NCBI GenBank assembly: GCA_963718215.1
Contig: CAVQYK010000031.1
Coordinates: 396,357 to 460,356, forward strand
Reading direction: 5' to 3'
Source of the DNA: an uncultured Chloroflexia bacterium
Lineage (GTDB): Bacteria; Chloroflexota; Anaerolineae; Anaerolineales; Villigracilaceae
DNA length: 64,000 bases
How positions within the stretch are numbered: the stretch's first letter is position 1; each line of letters opens with the position of its first letter. The notes under the pieces were generated by a model, which made no database searches, was not told the origin of the DNA, and saw only the letters and a list, made by a program, of their open reading frames with translations. Made by a program: the position numbers and the translations under genes. Of this stretch, positions 56,801 to 64,000 are shown piece by piece.

Positions 56801-59388
56801 GGACGTTCACGGGCTGGACACCCGCTCTTGTGGATAACAAAGTCACGATCACAGGCAACACGACTGTCACGGCAAACTTCACGCAGAACCAGTACACCCT
56901 GACGGTCAACTCTGCTCACGGCACGGTGACCAAGTCTCCAAACAAAGCGACCTACACCTACGGCGAAGAAGTCACCCTGAGCGTGACGCCTGACGCAGGC
57001 TGGACCTTCACGGGCTGGACGCCCGCTCTCGTGGACAACAAAGTCACGATCACAGGCAACACAACCGTCACGGCAAACTTCACGCAGAACCAATACACCC
57101 TGACAGTTAACTCCGCGCACGGCACGGTGACGAAGAACCCGAACAAGGCGACCTACACCTACGGCGAAGAAGTCATCTTGAGCGTCACGCCTGACGCAGG
57201 CTGGACGTTCACAGGCTGGACGCCTGAACTCACGAACAACAAGGTCACCATCACAGGCAACACGACCGTCACCGCGAACTTCACGCAGAACCAGTACACA
57301 CTGACTGTGAGCGTGATCGGAAATGGCCTGGTAACGAAGAATCCGAATCAAACAACGTATCACTATGGTGACTCGGTTCAATTGTCAGCCATGCCCGACG
57401 CCGGCTGGCAGTTCGACGGTTGGTCCGGTGATGCAAGTGGTGCAGCAACGCCAGTATCTGTGACCATCAATCGTGATATGAGTATTACCGCGAAATTTGG
57501 TGAGATCGCTTCCGATGTCTTCCCGATCGGATCATTAACCAGTTGGAGCAACATCTTCAGGTGGACGGGTCTGGCGGGAGCAGACTGGTACCTGGTGCAG
57601 GTACAGGACACGGCAGACAACAACATCCTGGCTAAGTGGTACACAGCCGAGGCAGCGAACTGCGCAGGCGACCTGAGTTGCACGATCTCGCCTGAAGAGA
57701 CCCTCAACATTGCCAACGGCGACTACAAGTGGCGGATGCTGGACTACGGTTCGTACGGCTACGGCAGCTGGTCACCCTACACGACCTTCAGCCTGAGCGC
57801 AGCCTGCTACACCCTGACGACGGGCGTCCTGCCTGCGGGAGGCGGGACGGTGACCGCTTCAACACAGAACTGCAGCGGCGGCTACATCGCCGGTACGGTG
57901 GTGCAGTTGACCGCCCTTCCGAACTCAGGCTTTATCTTCACGGGCTGGAGCGGCAATGCAGTTGGAACAGACAACCCCATTTCGCTCACAATGAACGGGG
58001 ACAAGAATGTCACCGCCAACTTCACCGCCCTGGGTGTGGCCCTGCTCGATCCGCACGGATCCCTGACGAGTTGGAACAACACCTTCAGCTGGACGGGACT
58101 GGCGGGAGCGGACTGGTACCTGGTGCAGGTGCAGGACGCCAGCGACAACAACCTCCTGGCGAAGTGGTACACAGCCGAGGCAGCGAATTGTGCGGGTGAC
58201 CTGAGCTGCACGATCAGCCCGGAGGAAACCCTGAACATTGCCAACGGCGACTACAAGTGGAGGATCCTGGACTACGGTTCGTACGGCTACGGCAACTGGT
58301 CGCCCTACACGACCTTCAGCCTGAGCGCAGCCTGCTACAGCCTGACGACGGGCGTCCTGCCTGCGGGAGGCGGGACGGTGACCGCTTCAACACAGAACTG
58401 CAGCGGCGGCTATATCGCTGGCACGGTGGTGCAGTTGACCGCCCTTCCGAACTCAGGCTTTATCTTCACAAGCTGGAGCGGCAATGCAGTTGGAACAAAC
58501 AACCCCATTTCGCTCACAATGAACGGAGACAAGACCGTCACCGCCAATTTCACGGCGCTGGGAGCGACCCTGCTCGACCCGCACGGATCCCAGACGAGTT
58601 GGAACAACACCTTCAGCTGGACGGGACTGGCGGGAGCGGACTGGTACCTGGTGCAGGTGCAGGACGCCAGCGACAACAACCTCCTGGCGAAGTGGTACAC
58701 AGCCGAGGCAGCGGACTGCGCGGGTGACCTGAGTTGCACGATCAGCCCGGAGGAGACCCTGAACCTCGCCAACGGCGACTACAAGTGGCGCATCCTGGAC
58801 TACGGCTCGTACGGCTACGGTAACTGGAGCCCCTACACGACCTTCAGCCTGAGCGCAGCCTGCTACACCTTGACAACGGACGTGTTGCCTGCGGGAGGTG
58901 GGACGGTGACAGCCTCAACACAGAACTGCACAGGAGGCTACATCGCTGGGACGGTAGTGGAGTTGACCGCAGCACCGAACGGCGGCTACGCCTTCACGAG
59001 TTGGAGCGGGGATGTGGATCGGGCCGACCAACCCGTCTCGCTGACGATGAACGGGGACAAAGTTGTGACGGCGAACTTCACCGCCCTGGGAGTGGCCCTT
59101 CAGGATCCGCACGGACCCCTGACGAGTTGGGACAACACCTTCAGCTGGACGGGCTTGGCGGGAGCGGACTGGTACCTGGTGCAGGTGCAGGACGCCAGCG
59201 ACAACAACATCCTGGCGAAGTGGTACACGGCCGAGGCAGCGAACTGCGCGGGTGACCTGAGTTGCACGATCAGCCCGGACGAGACCCTCAACCTTGCCAA
59301 CGGCGACTACAAGTGGCGCATCCTGGACTACGGCTCGTACGGCTACGGCAACTGGTCACCCTACATGAATTTCACTTTGGATCAGTAG
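47822..59388 (+). CDS. Giant (~3,850 aa if indels are corrected) secreted modular surface protein: DNRLRE-like, two metallophosphoesterase, FN3, LamG, InlB-B-type repeats and C-terminal repeats
   Basis: SD GGAGG + MKHQ..signal peptide; consecutive overlapping ORFs join mid-domain; PDTQ/GD/GNHD/GH.H and DWH/GD/GNHE/GHTH motifs; LamG IDEFRIYNRAL; GW.F.GWSGD repeats. Confidence 0.75.
56689..57291 (+). repeat. Three tandem 201-bp coding repeats (67 aa, InlB B-repeat-like)
   Basis: Units start at 56689, 56890 and 57091 (QYTLTVNSAHGTVTK..TANFTQN). Confidence 0.9.
57530..59385 (+). repeat. About 3.5 tandem 528-bp coding repeats (176 aa)
   Basis: WTGLAGADWYLVQVQD begins at 57562, 58090, 58618 and 59146. 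Confidence 0.9.
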
Positions 59389-59416
59389 TTGGAAGATAAG
59401 GCGGGTTAACAAGTTT

Positions 59417-59468
59417 TTCTCTGTGGGCAATCACCGCCAGGTGGTCGCCCACAGAGAATTTCGTTTCA
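59417..59468 (+). terminator. Intrinsic terminator after the giant gene
   Basis: TTCTCTGTGGGC..GCCCACAGAGAA stem followed by TTTCGTTT. Confidence 0.75.
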
Positions 59469-59680
59469 GGGATTGTGAATTTGTGGGACCAGGTGTCGGG
59501 TAGATGAAAGCTATTTGCCAAGTGTCAATTTGAAGGTGGGAAGGAGGTGGGGTTACATCATCCCGAAAAAGATGTAACCTAGATATGACAAAAAACACTT
59601 GAAATCCCTGCTTTTTCCACTATGATGATGGCGTTGTTATGATATTGCAATGGGATGATAGTCTGACCATTTTGAGGGTT

Positions 59681-59706
59681 TGTAACCCATTTTGAATTTG
59701 AACGTC
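59681..59706 (+). promoter_or_regulatory. ECF-sigma-type promoter TGTAAC-N16-CGTC
   Basis: Same boxes and spacing as 47354-47379. Confidence 0.65.
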
Positions 59707-59775
59707 ATGAAACAGGATTAAATAATGCAAGCGGATGTTGCTTTATTGGTTGAGAACCGAATAAACGGATCACTT

Positions 59776-59876
59776 GTGGATGCAATGAACCAGGGACAAA
59801 CTTTGGTCGCTGACCGATATTGTTGGACTCAACAAATAAGGGAAGTTCCTGCGGAGCAACTAGCGAAACCGGCCAC
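59776..59876 (+). ncRNA. c-di-GMP-II-type riboswitch aptamer, copy 3
   Basis: GUGGAUGCAAUGA; CAGGGAC/GUUCCUG stem; UUGGUCGC; GGAGC..UAGCGAAACCGGCCAC. Confidence 0.8.
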
Positions 59877-59896
59877 AATGGCTGGTTTATTTGTTT
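59866..59896 (+). terminator. Intrinsic terminator overlapping aptamer 3
   Basis: AAACCGGCCA-CAA-TGGCTGGTTT followed by ATTTGTTT. Confidence 0.75.
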
Positions 59897-59943
59897 AATC
59901 GGATATATTCACTCTTTTTGTTCCATATTCCACGGAGGTTAAG

Positions 59944-62900
59944 ATGAATTGACAATTCAAGTCTCGCGTTTTCACTCTCATTGTGATCCTGAGCATGTTG
60001 CTTGGTGCACTGGGAGTGCCAACGCAAGTGGCTCATGCCGCACCTATTGATGTTTCTTTTGAGGCATCGGCGGATACATGGTTGAGACAAAGTCAATTAA
60101 CGCGTAACTATGGTAGTGCTCCGATTATTCAAGCCAGCCCCAACACGAGCAGCCGGTAAAATTCCCTGTATTTATGGAATCTTTCCAGTATTCCTGCCGG
60201 TTCCACAATCACTGCGGCTAGTATTACCTTTTATGTGACGGACATATCCGCCTATGATTTCAGCCTCTACCAAATGAGACGAAACTGGGTGGAGGGCACC
60301 AACAATGATGCTGTGGGGACTGGCGCTTCCTGGACATACTCTGAGGCCGGAACTGATGCGTGGGCGACAGCCGGCGCAATGAACACCAGCACCGATCGTT
60401 ACAACACGGATCTATGGGATGCAACTGCTAGCACCTTTGGCGCTTTAGGGAGCGTCACGATACCACTGAATTCTAGTGGTGTTGCGGCCGTTCAAAGCTG
60501 GGTTACCACACCCGCCAATAATTTTGGTCTGACTGTCCAATACATGGGCAGCGGCACCACCGCTGATTATTGGTATGTTGCCGCAAGAGATAATACTTCA
60601 TATGCTGGTGCTACGCTTAACATCACCTATAATCCTGCCGGCCCTACCATCACTACCACTGGAACGCTGAACCCCTTCAGCAGCACACCAGGTACCCCAT
60701 CGGCACAGCAATCCTACACAGTGTCCGGCAGCAATCTATCCGATGCCATCGTAATTCCCCCCCCGGCCGATTTTGAGCTTTCACTCACCAGTGGGTCGGG
60801 ATTTTCGTCCTCACCCATTTCGTTATCCCCAACCGGTGGAACTGTGGCAAGTACAACGATCTATGTGCGATTTAACCGCGCAACCGAAGGCACCTCCAGT
60901 GGGAATATCACCCATACTAGTACGGGCGCGACTACTCAAAATGTAGCAGTCAGCGGTACTGCTATGTTTGGGTGGATTGCCTATAATGACTCTGCCTGGG
61001 TTTCTGGGCAAACTAATCCCGCAAACACAACCACCTATGGTATATCGGGAACGACAACTGGGTTGTTAAAGAATTTTGTGACCGGTGCAAATACAGCGGT
61101 CACAGCAACGATAACAACCTCTGGTGGTTTATCCTTGCAAGCCAGCACCGGTACAGAAACAACCTCGGGTACCGATGCCTACAATACCTTTCATAACAAT
61201 GCCAACATGATAGGTGTTGTCAACTATAGCGCCACCGCTGGGTGGTATATGGATGTGACTTTCACTGGTCTCGATCCAGCGAAAACCTATACCTTTGCCA
61301 CCTCCGCCAACCGCGCGGGTGGCACAGGTGGTACCCCTGCATATCCAACGCGTGTCTCTCGCTATACGGTTTCGGATGCAACGACTGCCACAAACGCCAG
61401 CACGAGTGGCGTGACAATCTCCACCACAACTTTTGCCAACGACACATCGGCATTTGTTACCGGTGAAAACACAACCGCTGGTTACGTTGCGCGCTGGACA
61501 GGCATTCAACCTGGAGGCGATGGTGATTTTACAGTTCGCGCTCAAGCAAATGGTGCTGTAAATGAAGCTTACGGCTTCAGCGTATTCCTGCTTAGAGAGG
61601 AAGCTGCGGGATCTTCTCCCACTATCACAACCACAGGGACACTCAGTGCGTTCAGTTCCCAGCCGGGAGTTGCCTCAGCGGAACAGAGCTACACCGTGGC
61701 TGGAAGCAATCTGACAGCCAACCTCGTGATCACTGCCCCCGCGGATTTTGAGATCTCCACGACCAGTGGCAGTGGGTTTGGCTCCACGTCACCTGACCCC
61801 AAGCGGCGGGACAGTCTCAGCCACGACGATCTATGTCCGCTTCAACCGCGCAACTGCGGGCTCTTCTGGTGGGAACATCACTCACACCAGCACGGGCGCG
61901 ACCACCAGGAATGTGGCAGTCAGCGGTACGGCGACGGAGGCAGGCACGGTCACGTTTGCCGCGTTCGGCGATTATGGAGCGAATACCGCCAACGAACAGC
62001 CAGTAGCTGACCTGGTGAATAGTTGGAATCCTGACTTCATCGTTACAACCGGTGACAATAGTTATGGTTCTGCCGCTCCGGTCGCACCGGCTGTCAGCAC
62101 GATCGACCAAAACATCGGCAAGTATTATCACAACTATATCGGCAACTATATCGGTGGATTTCCGCCCGGTTCTGCCACAAATCGTTTCTTCCCCGCCATG
62201 GGCAACCATGATTATACAGATGGTGGTGGCAGTACGGCATATTTCAATTACTTTACCCTGCCGGGCAATGAGCGTTATTACGACTTTGTGCAGGGGCCTG
62301 TCCACTTCTTTGTGATAGACAGCAACCCCTCTGGGACGGGAAGCGCACCGGGTGATGGCCGTTCACCAACATCAGCTCAGGGAGACATGGCTGCAGGCGG
62401 GATTGGCCGCCTCGACCTCACCGTGGAAGATTGTCTACTTCCATCACCCTCCATTTTCATCTTCGAATAATCATGGGTCTGATCCTGCCATGCAATGGCC
62501 TTTTGAAGCCTGGGGAGCGACGGCTGTATTGAATGGTCATGACCATACCTATGAGCGTGTGATGCGTGATGACAACAGTAACGGGGTCAGCATGCCTTAT
62601 TTTGTCACGGGTGCGGGAGGATACACGCTATACAACTTTGGTACCCCGGTATCTGGGAGTACAGTGCGTTACAACGCCAATTATGGCTCGATGCGCGTGC
62701 AGGCCTCGAATTCGAATATCACCTTTGAGTTCTGGTCCATAGCAGGCGGCGGTACGCTGATCGATACATATTCGATCAATAATTCTGCTCCGACGATCGG
62801 GATCACGGGGACGCCGCTTTCTGGATTCACCTGCCAACCGGGAACCCCTTCTGCCCAACAGAGCTACACGGTTTCCGGGACTAACCTAACCAGTGACATC

Positions 62901-64000
62901 ACGGTCACAGCCCCGACGGACTTTGAAGTTTCGCACAACAAGTGGAAGTGGGTTTACTTCCTCACGTAGCTATTGACCGCAGAGCGGCGGTGTGGTTGCC
63001 TCCACCCCGATCTACGTGCGCTTCAACCGTGCGACTGACGGAACATCAAACGGGAATATCACCCATACCAGTGCGGGAGCGACCACGCAGAATGTGGCGG
63101 TCAGCGGGACAGCCAGTTCTGCCACTTGTACTCCCTTTACTGAGAATTTCAACTCCCTCACCGTGGGGACTCGTATTGGACAGGTGACCGGCTGGACGGA
63201 AAGTGCGAGCGCCAGCCCTGCTGGTAGTTGCAGCGCCGGGCGGTGTCGCCAGCACACAGGGACTGGGGACCGGGAGCAGTATCTTCAACTGGTCCGCCCA
63301 TCCCTTCCTGTGGACGGATGCAGGTCTGAGCTCAGGTCACATTCCAGATGGACTTCCAGACGAATGCCAGTGGTGCGTTTGACGATGACCGGCTGGCTTG
63401 GATGACCGAGAATACACCAGTAAGTTCCCAATATAACTTTGGTATTCAACTTGATCACGGATGATGATGGCACGGCTTGTGCTTCGGGTCAGAACATCGA
63501 GACCTACTGGCGCAATCCTGCCTTCAGCACAACAACCCGCGTCGAGACGACAATTGCCTGTCTGCCGACTCTGACCGCCAACGGTTGGTATCGGGCGAAA
63601 CTGGTTGCCACCAAGTTGACCAACGCATCCGCCAAACTGGATGTGACGCTGACGGCGCTGGATGCCAGCGGCAATCCGGGTGCGGTTGTGGCAAGCGGCA
63701 CAGTGACAGATACAAGCACCTGGGCGGGAGGAGCGGCACCTGCGGGATACTTTGCCCCGTCCGGGACGTCAACTGCCCTGTATCCCTCGTACAAGAATCA
63801 CAGTGGGACGACCGGCAATGCGGACAACGCTGTTGCGGACTTTTGTTCTGCGCCGGTGACGCAATATACTCTGACCACGAACGTGGTGGGCAATGGCAGT
63901 GTCACGCTCAATCCGTCAGGTGGTGTCTACAATGCCGGGACGGTTGTGCAGGTGACGGCGGTGCCGGGGTCGGGAGCGGCCTTCAGCGGCTGGTCGGGAG
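59944..64000 (+). CDS. Second giant modular surface protein (paralog; DNRLRE-like, Ig-like, metallophosphoesterase modules); runs off the window; two in-frame stops near the start, so possibly a pseudogene
   Basis: SD GGAGG + MN*QFKSRVFTLIVILSMLL signal peptide homologous to the 47822 gene; TGA 59950 and TAA 60157 in frame; FGDYG/GDN.Y/GNHDY/HHPP/GHDH.YER motifs. Confidence 0.7.

Noticed and set aside
56689-59385. Repeat arrays as CRISPR or DGR template/variable repeats
   Set aside because: Units are 201 and 528 bp, in-frame and without spacers; differences are not adenine-specific; no cas or reverse transcriptase gene is in the window
59950-59952. TGA as selenocysteine or recoded codon
   Set aside because: It is codon 3 of a signal peptide, not a catalytic Cys position; a TAA also interrupts the frame; TGA is used as a stop throughout the window

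Overview
All convincing genes lie on the + strand. The window is a large cell-surface glycan/glycoprotein locus, probably from a Chloroflexota (Anaerolineales-like) genome; that taxonomy is inferred from Pro/Thr-rich linkers and gene content. Many genes are split by single-base indels, most likely long-read consensus errors, so several ORF-track entries are fragments or false fusions. Bases 1-47.2 kb hold an ABC-2 (Wzm) permease, 11 GT2/GT4 glycosyltransferases, an O-antigen-ligase-like protein, three GT-C transferases, a nucleotidyltransferase, phosphopentomutase, UDP-GlcNAc 2-epimerase, a FAD oxidoreductase, a sulfotransferase/AlkP module, two membrane-anchored sulfatase-fold proteins, two Tat-exported carbohydrate enzymes, an AT3-SGNH fusion and a WbpB/D/E-like triad. 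A PIN toxin-antitoxin islet and a beta-helix surface protein interrupt the cluster. Bases 47.8-64 kb hold two paralogous giant modular surface proteins carrying metallophosphoesterase domains. The main find is non-coding: three c-di-GMP-II-type riboswitch aptamers, a tandem pair before the first giant gene and one before the second. Each has an extra inserted hairpin and overlaps its own terminator, which suggests ON switches. Both leaders also share an ECF-sigma-type promoter (TGTAAC-N16-CGTC) and a sigma70-like promoter abutting a CRP/FNR-like site.
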